DNA of 64,000 bases from Octopus vulgaris (lineage: Eukaryota), in the NCBI GenBank assembly GCA_951406725.2, contig OX597815.1, positions 160,828,001 through 160,892,000 on the forward strand, written 5' to 3'. The translations under genes were made by a program, and so were the position numbers. This document shows positions 1-11,981 of the stretch, in pieces (position 1 is the stretch's first letter; every line of letters starts with the position of its first letter). The notes beneath the pieces were generated by a model, which saw only the letters and a list, made by a program, of their open reading frames with translations, ran no database searches and had not been told where the DNA came from.

Positions 1-99
1 TTTTCGCTCAATAAACACTCACAATGCCTGGTCTGGGAATCAAAACCATGATCCTACAGCCATGAGTCCACTGCCCTAACCACTAGGCCATTGCGCATC

Positions 100-103
<4 letters not shown>
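1..103 (-). mobile_element. tRNA-derived SINE family C, 5' head (cut by window edge)
   Basis: Reverse complement matches 187-289 with about 10 mismatches in 103 nt; Pol III A-box (TGGCCTAGTGG) and B-box-like motif. Confidence 0.85.

Positions 104-148
<45 letters not shown>
103..148. repeat. (TA)n microsatellite
   Basis: Perfect dinucleotide run. Confidence 0.95.
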
Positions 149-150
<2 letters not shown>

Positions 151-186
151 GAATCGAAACCATGATCCTACGACCACATATATATA

Positions 187-486
187 TGTGGAGGCACAAT
201 GGCCCAGTGGTTAGGGCAGCGGACTCGTGGTTGTAGGATCGCGGTTTCGATTCCCAGACCAGGCGTTGTGAGTGTTTATTGAGCGAAAACACCTAAAGCT
301 CCACGAGGCTCCTGCATGGGGTGGTGGCGATCCCTGCTGTACTCTTTCACCACAACTTTCTCTCACTCTTTCTTATGTTAGCCTGCTTGTTTAGCCAGCG
401 TCGTGACATCATTTGAAAAACAATGTGAAGTGCATTGTGACTAGTGTTATGTAGCAACATCTGATAGCCTGGTTGGTCACAGTGAT
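187..486 (+). mobile_element. tRNA-derived SINE family C (tRNA-Arg-like head)
   Basis: A-box TGGCCCAGTGG, B-box GTTTCGATTCC; head and body homologous to 10800-11104 and 47296-47597 but a different 3' tail. Confidence 0.85.
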
Positions 487-527
487 CTATATATATATAT
501 ACATATGTGTGTGTGTGAATGTGTGTC

Positions 528-978
528 AGGTGCAGGTATGGCAGTGTAGCTAAGAATTTCATTTTCCAACTAGATAGTTTTTGGTTCAGTTCTAGTATAG
601 GGCACCTTAGGCAAGTGTCAGTAATGTCTACTCTATCCCTGGACTAACTAAAATTTCTGTGAGTGGATTTTGTTAGCAGAAACTGCAAGAAGTCAACCAT
701 GTGTGTATATATATCTGTCTATGGATGTGTATGCGTGTATGTTTGTGTCTCCTCATGTTGACATCTCGCAAGTGTTGTAAATGAGCTTCCCTGTCATACA
801 AGCTGTTTCTTTTGTTTCCAATCTTCAATGGGAATATGTCTTGCTTGGAAACAAGTGAAAGTTAACAACAAGAAGGCCATCTGGTCATTGAAAGTTAACC
901 TCAGTGAAATTCATCTGAGCTAAGCAAGCATAGGAAAGTAGACATTAAAACAATCATCATGGCGATGGTGAGGATGAT
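528..978 (+). mobile_element. Decayed SINE family A head joined to an RTE-like 3' tail
   Basis: Head aligns to 49894-50060 (GGCACCTTAGGCAAGTGTC...GTGAGTGGATTT); tail CTTGGAAACAAGTG...GCAAGCATAGGAAAG...(GAT)n as at 14230-14480. Confidence 0.65.
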
Positions 979-979
979 A

Positions 980-1325
<346 letters not shown>

Positions 1326-1501
1326 ACACAGATTCATTGAATTTGGTTCAATTGAAATGGTCTTCTTTTAAATTTAGTACTCAATACATGATACAAGCGT
1401 AAAGTTTAATATTCTTTTATTCAAAACTTGGCATAGCTATTGGTCTGATTGACATGATCATTATCAGCTGCAAGAAATATTGTGCCAAGTTTTAAATAAC
1501 A

Positions 1502-1752
1502 GTGTGTGTATGTGTGCGTGTGTGTGTGTGTGTGCATGTGTGTTTAAATGTGTGTATATATAACTATAAATGTATATGTATGAATTTGTGAATGTGTGTA
1601 TATAAATTTATAAAGGTATTTATAAGTATGTATGAATTTGTGTGTGTGTGTATACACACACATATACACACACATACATACATAATGAATATGTGTGAGT
1701 GTATACGATATGAACATATATATATGTGCATATATATATATATATATATATA

Positions 1753-1783
<31 letters not shown>

Positions 1784-1815
1784 GAATGCATACAGTCATA
1801 CATTTATGTATGTAT
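1502..1815. repeat. Compound (TG)n/(TA)n/(CA)n low-complexity tract
   Basis: Direct inspection. Confidence 0.9.
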
Positions 1816-3774
1816 AAATACATTTTCAATCTCAAATTGTTCATTTTGAAATGAATTGTGTGTATGTATTTATGCTTGTGTGAGTGTATTTGTGTATGTG
1901 TACATGAATACATTAATGAATGAAGACAAAAGTCAGCTGTCTGTGAACCAAAATGCAAATGTCCTGATTCTACATAACCTAACAAAGTTTGCAGGGGAAA
2001 CTGAAGACAAAAGAAAATGAAATCTGTATAGAAATCATTCATAGTATTGTATTGCTATCGCTCTTAATAAATATTCATCATATATTTCTCGATAGCTATA
2101 ATTTTAAGTACATAAAAAAGATAAGTGTATATTTGTTTATATGTGTGTGTATATATCTATCATTAGCTGTACATTGTGAAGAAGGAAAAGAAAGGCAAAA
2201 ACAACAGAGAACAGAACAGATGCAAACATATATACACACATATACACATACACATGGTGTATAATATTATATTTGTGAGAATACCATAAAAATTATAATT
2301 TCCATTTTAATGTGAGTTTACTAATTTTTTAGACAAAATTCAGTCTTTATCATTCTAAAGATATATTAATCTGTTTATATTCAAAATATATTAATGTGCT
2401 TATATTGCAAAAAAATATTCATCAGGTCAGGATTATTGTATAAAATATCATCCTATCCATTATAATCCAGTTTATCATATTTCCAATGATGCATTGTATT
2501 GATTATTTAGATTATTTATGTATTTATTTTCTTTAATCTCTTAAAATGCTTATACTCTTTCTTATACTTTTTATCTGTTATATTATTAACAACTTTGTCA
2601 ACCGCAATAAGGTAGTATTATATATGTTCTCATCTAGATTGGAGTTAGCCTTCAAACTTTAAACATTATATAAAGTGAAAGCTGATGAACAGTTTAGGTG
2701 ACAGAGAGATCACAGCTGATATATATATATATATATATATATATAATAGGGTTCACAATCTCAAAGCGAAGCTATTACTATGTTGTACAGACTTGTTTAT
2801 GAGTAGATGCCAAGGTAATGTATCCAGTAAAGGTAATATAATGCATGCTATATTGTTCTGAATATAAGTTGCTACAAGATTTCACACAACATATGTACTA
2901 TATCTATTACTTATAGTGAAATAAATAGTGTCATAAAGCAGAAATGAGTCAAGATTTAATGTCTGGAGTCTGTTCTATCGATAGTAATGATATAGTTCTT
3001 GACACAAATTTTTCTGCAATGGTGCAATTTCCATGGCAATCACAGCCAGTCTGCCACATTTCTGCATTTCTTAACTATTTGTAAATTTGGACAAGCTAAG
3101 TTGAGTTTGGTAGAATTCATTACCTGTGTTCTAATTCAATCAGTATTTTAGTGAAAGCTTTATTAGCAGGCCTGTTTTAGATATGGTCTAATTATTTCCA
3201 GTAAAATGTAAAAAAAAAAATAACAAAAAATTAGCTAATGGTTAGTCCAAAGATACATTATTGTGCCAGTGATAGGATATGACTTCCAAAAAATTAACTT
3301 AACTTAACTTAACTTATGTACTGATCCTATGCAGATATCACAATCCAACAAGAGAGCTACTGTCTGTTGGCCCCTAGTGGAGATGGCAGTCAAAAACTTT
3401 CTTTAAATTACACCCTGAATAAGGGTGCATTAGATAGAGTATTCTATATCGTCAAAAAAAAAAAAAAAAATTACAGGGTGGTCACATCTGGAAAATTTTA
3501 GATTATATGTTTGCTTGATTAGTGCCAGATTGGGATTTAGCAGCAACAATAACTACTCAGTCACCATGAATCTACAAAATTATTTCCAGACAAAAATATT
3601 GCATATTCTTCATGTGTGACTTTGTGGCTAAAAAGCTTGCTTCCCAACAATATGGTCTTGGGTTCAGTCCCACTGCATGCTATCTTGGGCAAGTGTCTTC
3701 AATGAAAGCCCCAAGTTAATCAATGTCTTGTGAGTGGAACCTCAAAAAGCCCTTTGAATATATAGATATACATA

Positions 3775-3888
3775 TATAGAGATTTATTATTGTATAAAAT
3801 GCTGTTATAATTAAGGGCATAGGCATGGTTTCCTGTATACCCTTAATTATAATTGTATTTTACACTACTCTAAATCTCTCTCTATATC
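3775..3888. mobile_element. Fold-back (inverted repeat) element remnant
   Basis: AGAGATTTA...TTATAATTAAGGGCATAGG / CCTGTATACCCTTAATTATAA...TAAATCTCT arms, short loop, adjacent to a TA-rich tract. Confidence 0.6.
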
Positions 3889-3899
3889 AATTCACCTTA

Positions 3900-4290
3900 A
3901 CAGGTGTATTTTATGTCCTTATATTTTCAAATAGGGGAGATAAGCACGTCCACCCAGCAAAGCCAGCATTCAGAGACTAGTTTCAGAGTTATTGCTCTTC
4001 ATCAGTCTGGAGTAGCTTGGCTTGCTAGCTGTCAATGCTTATTTGCAATTGAAAATTTATAGAATTTCAAGCGAAATGAATTCTGGATGCTGGCTTTGCT
4101 GGGTGTAGGTGCTTATCTCCCCTGTTTGGAAACTTAAGGACACAGAATGCTTGTGTCACTTAGCCAACTGTAAACAGTGTTTCCTGAGGTTAAATAGCAG
4201 CAGCATTCTTCCCTTTCATGGGACTGCCACATTAAGTTGGCAACAAACCATCACTTTATCATGCTGCTACTGTTTAAGTCTCTCTGAGAG
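3900..4290. mobile_element. Fold-back Penelope-like element derivative containing a hammerhead ribozyme
   Basis: Inverted arms about 3900-3974 and 4082-4156; hammerhead core inside left arm; one-sided tail to about 4290. Confidence 0.7.
3935..4050 (-). ncRNA. Minimal type I hammerhead ribozyme, intact core, GUC cleavage triplet
   Basis: Minus strand CCAGA-CTGATGA-AGAG(CAATAA)CTCT-GAA-ACTAGT-C-TCTG; palindromic helix III; helix I extends through AGC/GCT, AAGCC/GGCTT, ATAAGCA/TGCTTAT. Confidence 0.8.
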
Positions 4291-4467
4291 ATTTAGAAAT
4301 GCAATATTTCTAATTATATATATGTATGTATGTAGGTATGTATATTTCTGTATGCATATAATTAGAAAATGGAGAAAACCACAGATTAACCAACACATTG
4401 ATTGAACCACATTTATAGCTTATTTTTTAATACAAAGCATGACATAACAAAATAGGTGATGCAACAT

Positions 4468-4615
4468 ACCTATGTATGTATATATTTATGTATGTATATA
4501 TATTTAAGTATGTATATGTGTGTGTATATGTATATGTGTGTGTGCATATGTATATGTGTGTATGTATATGTGTGTGTGTGTATGTATATGTGTGTGTGTG
4601 TGTATGTATGTATAT
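4468..4615. repeat. (TATG/TG)n compound microsatellite
   Basis: Direct inspection. Confidence 0.9.
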
Positions 4616-5040
4616 CATGGAAACCTAATATTTGGATAAACGTTCAAAGACTAGATATCATACAATTTACAGATGAAAGAAAGTTCAAGGCTTGCATATC
4701 AATCGTATAGAAATCTAAGAGTCATGAAACATGTATGCTGAAATGATATACCATCAACTAAAGTTATATGCACTTATATTATTGAACTGTATACTTTCGG
4801 AAGCAATTAAAGTAATATCAATAATTAAGAACATGCATATATACATATATATATAAGTTTGTACTTGGATTCTGTACTTTTGACTCAACCTTTCAATATT
4901 TTGTGTCTTGATAGAAAAAGCAATGATTTAATGATAAAAATCTGTAGGGCATTAATTTGATATGAAATGAAGCATAAAGCTTCTTTACATTGCAATCATG
5001 TAAGTATACATTTAAATATCATGTTGTTTGTCAGAATTTC

Positions 5041-5084
<44 letters not shown>

Positions 5085-5236
5085 ATTCCTTATTATTAAT
5101 TGCTGTATTGGCTAAGTTGTTACTAGTTCTTTATGCACTGCTGAAGCCAACTTTGCCTTTCTTGCCTCCAGAGTCAATAAAATAAAATGCCAATCAAATA
5201 CTTGGGTTGATGTCAACAACTTACTCCTCTCCTTAA

Positions 5237-5562
5237 CCCATTAGCATTCATGCTACTCTGTGAAAATGTAATGCCTATTTATTCACATTGTGTTGAATTA
5301 ATCATGCAATATCTTCTAGCTGTGAGATTTTGGTTATATGATTCCTTTATTCTTTTGCATGTTTCAATCATTTGACTGTGGCCATGCTGGAGCATGGCTT
5401 TAAAGGTTTTTAGTCAAAGAAATTGACCCCAGGACTTATTCTTTGTAAGCCTAGTGCTTCTTCTATCGGTCTCTTTTGCCGAAGTACTAAGTTACAGGGG
5501 TGTAAACACATCAACAATGATCATCAAGCGATGGTGGGGGGGACAAACAGACACAAAGACAT

Positions 5563-5609
<47 letters not shown>

Positions 5610-5850
5610 TGATGAGCTTCTTTCAGTTTCCATTTACCAAATCCACTCACAAAATTTTGGTTGGCATGAGACTATAGTAAAAGACACTTGCCCAACGTGC
5701 CATGCAGTGGGACTGAACCTGGAGCCATGTGGTTAGGAAGCAAGCTTGTTACCACACAGCCATGCTTGTACCTTTTTTTTTTAGAATGACTTTGTAGGGT
5801 AGGTGTGAGCATAAAACAGGTAGATTATTTGGGCCAGATATGTTAAAGGT
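5237..5850 (+). mobile_element. piggyBac-type MITE family 1 interrupted by SINE A
   Basis: TTAA|CCCATTAGCATT start; body homologous to 22905-23125; split at 5346-5772. Confidence 0.65.
5346..5772 (-). mobile_element. SINE family A, near full length
   Basis: Reverse complement aligns along 49894-50380, including the internal (CA)n tract. Confidence 0.85.
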
Positions 5851-5892
5851 TTAAAAATGATAGCCTTGTGTCTAAATCAAAAAAACCAAGAG

Positions 5893-6100
5893 TATTGGAT
5901 TAGCAGAAGTGTTAGAGCATCAGACAAAATGTCTTGCAGTACTTTATCCATCTCCTTACATTCTGAGTTCAAATCATGCTGAGGCAAAATTCAGCTTTTG
6001 TCCTGCAAGGGTCAGTGAAGTATAGAATCATTGAACTATTGGAGTCGATGAGACCAACTTAACCCTTTAAATTGCTGGCCTTGTGCCTAAATCAGAAATA
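5893..6100 (+). mobile_element. SINE family B, decayed
   Basis: TTCTGAGTTCAAAT B-box; GGCCTTGTGCCTAAATCAGAAA tail as at 57401-57615. Confidence 0.65.
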
Positions 6101-6114
6101 ATTATTACAGGTAT

Positions 6115-6311
6115 TACCTTTAGCATTCAGCTTAACCTGTTTTGTATTAGCCTTGCATTATCTCATGGCTTTGATATTATGGTGACGTGACTTCTTATTT
6201 GTCAAATGACATTGTAGGGTCAGATTGAGAGGCCAGATCTGGCCCATTTTTGTAAAGGACCGGTAGAGTATTTGGGTCTGATATGGATGTTTTAAAAGCT
6301 AAATGTTTTAA
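6115..6311 (+). mobile_element. piggyBac-type MITE family 1, decayed
   Basis: CCTTTAGCATTCAG...GACATTGTAGGGT...GCTAAATG homology. Confidence 0.6.
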
Positions 6312-6830
6312 CATTTGCAATTTTCAATACTCTGTATTATCATTTTTTCTTTCTCCACATTCCTATTCTCTCCTCCTCTCCCTTATTGTCCATTCTCCTA
6401 CTCTCTTACACTTTCTTTCTTGCTCTCCCTCTCTCTCTTTCTCTTTCTGTCTTTCTCCTTATTTCCTCTATTATTCTCCATCTCTTGTCTCTTATCCTTC
6501 AGTTCTCTTTCCTACTTCATATAGATGTATCCTTAAATTACTACTTTCCTTCTCCATACTTTCTTTGTTTTACACATGCACACACAATAATACACTAACA
6601 TTGCTTTTGTTTTGTTTTTTTTTGTTTTTTTTTTCAATTTTTAATATTTTTGATAAGAATTGTTACATTTCATTATGCTTAGTCAAATTTAGTTCATCAT
6701 CTTGAAACAAGAAAACAAGAAATGTAATAATGTTTATGTTCAGGAGTGTTTCTCTTCAAATAAATATTAATTTTCTGTACAATTTATAAGACATATTTGT
6801 CTTCAGTCTTTGTCAAATTAAAATTACATA

Positions 6831-6883
<53 letters not shown>

Positions 6884-6888
6884 GTACG

Positions 6889-6931
<43 letters not shown>

Positions 6932-7064
6932 ACATAATCATTTGGTTTTAAGAATGTGATTATTTATTGTCATTTCATAGCAATAAAGAATTAGAAATCT
7001 TTAGTCTCAGAGCTTATGTTATGAAAATTCCTTAACTGTCCTCTCCTTTCAACCTCATTACTCA

Positions 7065-7277
7065 TATCGATTTCAAATTTTGGCACAAGGCCAGTAATTT
7101 TGACAAAGGGGTTAAGTTCGATTACATCTACCCTCAATACTCAACTGGTACTTAGTTTATTGACCCAAAAAGGCAAAGTTGACCTTGGCATAATTTGAAC
7201 TCGGTACATAAAGCCAGATGAAATGCTGCTAAGCATTTTGCCTGGTGTGCTCACAATTCTGCCAGCTTGCCACCTTA
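7065..7277 (-). mobile_element. SINE family B
   Basis: Reverse complement aligns to 57401-57615. Confidence 0.8.
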
Positions 7278-7374
7278 CACCTCATCACTGCTTTTATCAG
7301 TTTATACTTTGTCAATAATCTACACAAATAACAATCTTGTTGGTCAGTTTCTTGTTCAAGATATTCAGTGATTA

Positions 7375-7645
7375 ATTATTTCATTCATTCATTCACTTAT
7401 TCTTTTATTCCTTTATTCATTCATTCACTTATTCTTTTATTCATCTATTCTTTCATTTCTTTCTTTATTCTTTTATTCCTTCTTTTGTATTTTCATTCAA
7501 TCACTTATTCATTCACTTATTCTTTTATTCATCTATTCTTTCATTTCTTTCTTTATTCTTTTATTCCTTCTTTTGTATTTTCATTCAATCACTTATTCAT
7601 TCACTTATTCTTTTATTCATCTATTTTTTCATTCATTCATTCATT
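7375..7645. repeat. Cryptic (TTCA/TTCTTTTA)n repeat with internal ~95-bp duplication
   Basis: Block CACTTATTCTTTTATTCATCTATTCTTTC...TTCAATCACTTATTC occurs twice. Confidence 0.85.
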
Positions 7646-9078
7646 GTTGTAGTTGTTACATCCCCTTGTTTTCTATACTGGCACAGTATGGATAAGACTT
7701 GGCAAGGCTGACAACCTTTTTGATGCCAATCCTTTCTTGTTTCTCAAGTAAGGAATTTTATTCTGCCATTGCATGAGCCATCAAGCTGCTTGACCTTTTA
7801 CTTATATGGAACCTAAACATTGCTGTGGTCCTTCAGTTTTTCTAAGCCCTGTAAAAGAACTCCGAAAGTTGGTCCTTCAACCAGGTCTTTCATGATACCC
7901 TTACAGCCAGGAACTTTTCAGCTCTCCCCCATACAAAACATATACATAGCAGGTTTCCACACAGTTTCCATCAACCAAATTTCTTTCACAAGGTATTGGT
8001 GACTATAATACTAGACACATGGCTGAGGTGCCATGCAATGGGGCTAAACTTAAAACCACATGGTTGTGAATCAAACCTTTTTACCCTGCAGCCATGCTTG
8101 CACTTTGTTATTATTCCATATTCAAGTTATAGTAAAAGACTTAAAGTGGATTTCTCTATCAGGTTGGCTTTTGAAATCACAACTATTCTACTTGTTTTCC
8201 TCTTAATATTTGTTGCAACATTTCAGATTTCCTCTTTTCTAAATTAGGTGCCATTCGTTTTCTTGTAATCATTCTATCCCCAATCAGAATCCAATCCAGG
8301 AATTACATTAAACAGAAAAGCTCTCAATTCACTGAATGAACTTCAAAAAAAACCCATTCAACAGACAAGTTTCTTATTCTCTCATCCACTAATAATAAAA
8401 GTGATTCAGTTGAAGATGCAGTCATACTGACTACACAGCAGCTACTACAACTACTAGACTGCTGGGTAATTAGAATGTTTGAATGAATGAAACTAAGTTG
8501 TTAGGAAGCTCACTACATCCCTATGATTAGTGCATGGCATCATTTCATTCTATATAAACTATACCATCAGATAGTAACCAACAGTTCTTTGTACATGTAA
8601 CTTCGGTTTGTTTGTTTGTTTGTTATTTTTTTTTTTTTAATGGTACAGTAATCACGTGCTTTTATGGTAAATAAATGAGAATATTGGAATGATTTATCAT
8701 TGTAAAGAAGCTGCTGAGAATAATACTAATTCTAAAATCAATAGGCAGCTATCTAAAGTGCTTCTCTCACTCTAAGGATTAGCATTCTAAAGTATTTGGT
8801 TTCAAAACTTAAATGCTGAACAGTGAAGAAATCTGGTTTGTTGTAATAGCAAAGTTGAAGCTGTTAAAGGTTTATTTAATTGACTGAAATGAAAACTCTT
8901 TAATGCTATCATACTGAGTTAAACTAATGTAGTGGAAAGAAAACGCATATTTGTATATGAGTATTTGAAAGAGATAAATTTATTGATATCATCATTATTA
9001 TTATTATTATTTTTGTCATTGTCATCATTTTTATATCTGGTTTTCAATGCTTGCATGGGTTGGACAGGTATTCCTTAA

Positions 9079-9301
9079 CCCTTTTGTTACCATATTTCTT
9101 TTGAGATGCTCTGTGTTTCTTTCAATTAATTTTAAATATAACAAAGAATTTAGTAAAATAATTTAGTTATCATTTAACTAGTGTTACAAACATAAATTGT
9201 GACTAAGGTTTGGTGTAAGATTTTAATTCAGAACTTTTGATAACTAGACATTTATACTACAGAGCCAGAAGTGGTTTCAGCTGGGTTGATATCAAAAAGG
9301 C
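9079..9301 (+). mobile_element. piggyBac-type MITE family 2
   Basis: TTAA|CCCTTTTGTTACC...GATATCAAAAAGG; homologous to 10284-10436 and inverted 33772-33991. Confidence 0.75.
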
Positions 9302-9304
9302 TAA

Positions 9305-9420
9305 CACAGTATCTTGTCATTTGTTGTAATCATTTGTCATCTCCATCACAAGGTTCATTTTCATGAGATTGGCTTTCATCACTTTTTTCTTTCCATGTCT
9401 TTCTTGGTTTTCTTCCCCTG
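9305..9420 (-). pseudogene. RTE LINE ORF C-terminal fragment
   Basis: Minus strand reads RGRKPRKTWKEK, then after a frameshift VMKANLMKMNLVMEMTND, matching the RTE terminal GRPRKTW...DL...EMT.DR pattern. Confidence 0.55.
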
Positions 9421-10283
9421 AGAAAGACATGGGGAAGAGAATCCCATAGTTGCAAGCAGGGGTATTAGTTCTCTAAAAATTTTCCACCGTGCTTTTATTC
9501 TTGTCTATATGTCTCCAGAACACTCATCTCTGTTGCTAGTTAAGTCACATGAGTAAGAGACTCTGTCAAGAGTACCCTCTAGGGAAAATACAATGAGAAT
9601 ATCAGAGCATCTTATGTGTTCTGGATGTCAAAGCAGTGTGTTAGTGAGAATCGAGACATCATTGCAGGAGGACTTAATATTCTTTCCAGTGAGTATAAAG
9701 TCTTTTGGATTGCATTGGTAGATGATCAGATGGTTGGCTGGTTTCCTGAAGTCAGTGTTGCCAAGTGTTAGTTAGTTGCATCACAGATCTTCACTAACCT
9801 TGATCCCACTTCACTTCCTCATACTATAGCCATAGCCTCCTATTGTCCATTTACTCATAAATCAATTGCTGTAGTGCTTTCTCTACATAATTTCCCATCC
9901 ATTTAGATACAGGAGCTTTTGATGAAAAGAACTAAATTTTCAGTGCTGTAGTGGAACAAACTTCTTGGAGTGAAACAAACTTCAAACAACCTATGCACCA
10001 CTGCATTTCAAGAGAAAAGAATTACAAAAACAATCATTTGATGAGTCAAGGGGTTTTCTCACTTGGACATATGTTCCCACCTAGTCATCCCACAATCATG
10101 TACAGCATTAACAAGGTAATTTTTAGTCCTGTTTATACAATTAGTATTTGGTTTTTCTATTGCATAATTTTAAGTATCAGTCTCACACCCCTTTACTGAT
10201 GAACTGGGTGCATTTCATTGTACCACCTGCTCTACAGAGTTTGTCTATCAAGATTAAAATCTTCCCTATACTATAAGTTTTAA

Positions 10284-10436
10284 CCCTTTTGAGATGCTCT
10301 GTGTTTCTTTCAATTTTAAATATAAGAATTTAGTAAAAGAACATAAATTGTGACCAAGGTTTGGAGGAAGATTTTAATTTAGAACTTTTGAAAACAAGAC
10401 ATTTGAGACATTTCAGTCAGGTTGGTATCAAAAGGA
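10284..10436 (+). mobile_element. piggyBac-type MITE family 2, internally deleted
   Basis: TTAA flanks; homology to 9079-9301. Confidence 0.7.
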
Positions 10437-10599
10437 TTAATCTGAGATAGTGCTCCCCTAATCAAGTTGTGAGATTTACTGCTCTCTTAATAAACCTTAA
10501 TTAACAACAGGTCCCTCAATTGATTAGTTGACCATACCACAGTATGCCACAAGAATGAATTTGACTACACTTATAAAATCCTGTACCCAATGAAAATAA

Positions 10600-11290
10600 T
10601 CTTATGATGTATATTGACTACCATAAGAACCAAATGCACCCAGGTTATTGAATGGATGAAAATATAATTAGAAAAAACTAACAAAGTAAAATACAAATAT
10701 CATACCTAACCACAAAGTCATAGTTGAAATATATTATAAAAGTATGAAAATGTAAAAGAGCCTTCATGATGAAACAAAACCATGAACTAAAACGCAGAAT
10801 GTGGAAGTACGTGGCTTAGTGGTTAGAGCAGTGGACTCGCGGTCGAGGGATCATGGGTTCGAATCTCAGACTGGCCGATGTGCGTGTTTATGATTGAAGC
10901 TCCTAAGCTCCATGCAGCTCTGGCAGATGATAATGGTGAACTTCTTCTGACTCTTTCGCCACAACTTTCTCTCACTTTTTCCTCCTGCATCTAGCAGCTC
11001 ACCTGTGACGGACCGGTGTCCTGTCCAGGTGGGGAAACTATATGCCAAAGAAACCGGGAAACTGGCCCTTATGAGCCAGGCGTGGCTTGATGAGGAACAA
11101 ACAAAACCTAGAAAATACTTTTAACAATTAATGTAGAATATAAATTTCAATGCAAACTTGACAGCTATAATGTTCATGAATCAAACTGCTGCAATGAGCA
11201 TACAATACACCTCTATTGTTTGACTGAGCCTTTGTACATTTTGAACAACGAGCTATCTCAACACTCTACAATGTAGTTCATGCAACAAAA
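10600..11290 (+). pseudogene. Decayed Penelope-like element ORF (RT-EN linker plus GIY-YIG endonuclease), split by a SINE
   Basis: YHKNQMHPGY*MDENIIRK / NHKVIVEIYYKSMK before the SINE and TINVEYKFQCKLDS...NEHTIHLYCLTE after it; these resemble the NQM..NY..DE...IYYK...NVVY.F.C....C...YIG.T...L..RL pattern of PLE ORFs as I recall it; stops and frameshifts. Confidence 0.55.
10800..11104 (+). mobile_element. SINE family C
   Basis: A-box TGGCTTAGTGG, B-box GGTTCGAATC; aligns end to end with 47296-47597. Confidence 0.9.
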
Positions 11291-11746
11291 ATTGATAAAG
11301 AAGCATCAGTTACACTGAATTTTACAAAAAAAAGAATGAGAAGAGTATCGATGGAAGGTTTAGTAATGGAAAACACAGGAATATCATGCGTATGTGTAAT
11401 TAAGTATGAAAACTACTGGATTTGACTTAAATAAATTTTAAGTTTGGCATTTAAAAGAAAAAAAGAGGGAAAATCACCATGATGCTTTGCAAACTATTGC
11501 AAGACACATGAAAATAATCCATTCCACACTAGTTTTATTCTGAGAATGAAGCTAAGATAGCTTTTAAATGTTAGTAGGCAAATGGCCTTCAGAACACTAA
11601 TGTTCTGAATCAAACATAAAGGCTGGATAAAGAAATATGAAAAATCCTTAGTAAAAATAAAAGCTCAGTCATAATTGTTCCTTTGACATAATACATACAT
11701 ACATGTACACATATACGCACAGATACACATGCACACATATATATAT

Positions 11747-11981
11747 ATAAGAATTTTTTGGTAATAAGATAAAAAACCAAGGCTGTATAGATCTATACAG
11801 CCTTGGTTTTTTATGTTATAACGCAAAAAAATTCTTATATACACATAGAACCAATGTTGAACCCTTTATTCGCAATATTACCCGAATCTGGAACTTAACT
11901 ATGGTCTGTCTATAGCACTTATTCAGCATTACCTGACACCTTTGGGTTTCAACAACACCATTATCTCTTATAACCTCAACT
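11747..11981. mobile_element. Fold-back element (hairpin plus tail) in (TA)n, centre deleted
   Basis: 46-bp perfect palindrome 11769-11814 within ~45-bp arms; tail homologous to 36473-36620 and 45028-45142. Confidence 0.8.

Noticed and set aside
1900-2000. Minus-strand exon after a strong acceptor (TTTTCTTTTGTCTTCAG)
   Set aside because: No good donor and no recognisable peptide; such acceptors are common in AT-rich DNA.
4720-4740. GAAACATGTA, a palindromic helix III-like motif
   Set aside because: No upstream CTGANGA core at the proper spacing.
6283-6705. 140-aa hydrophobic ORF (also 63131-63631)
   Set aside because: Product of a CT-rich low-complexity strand; no domain or splice support.
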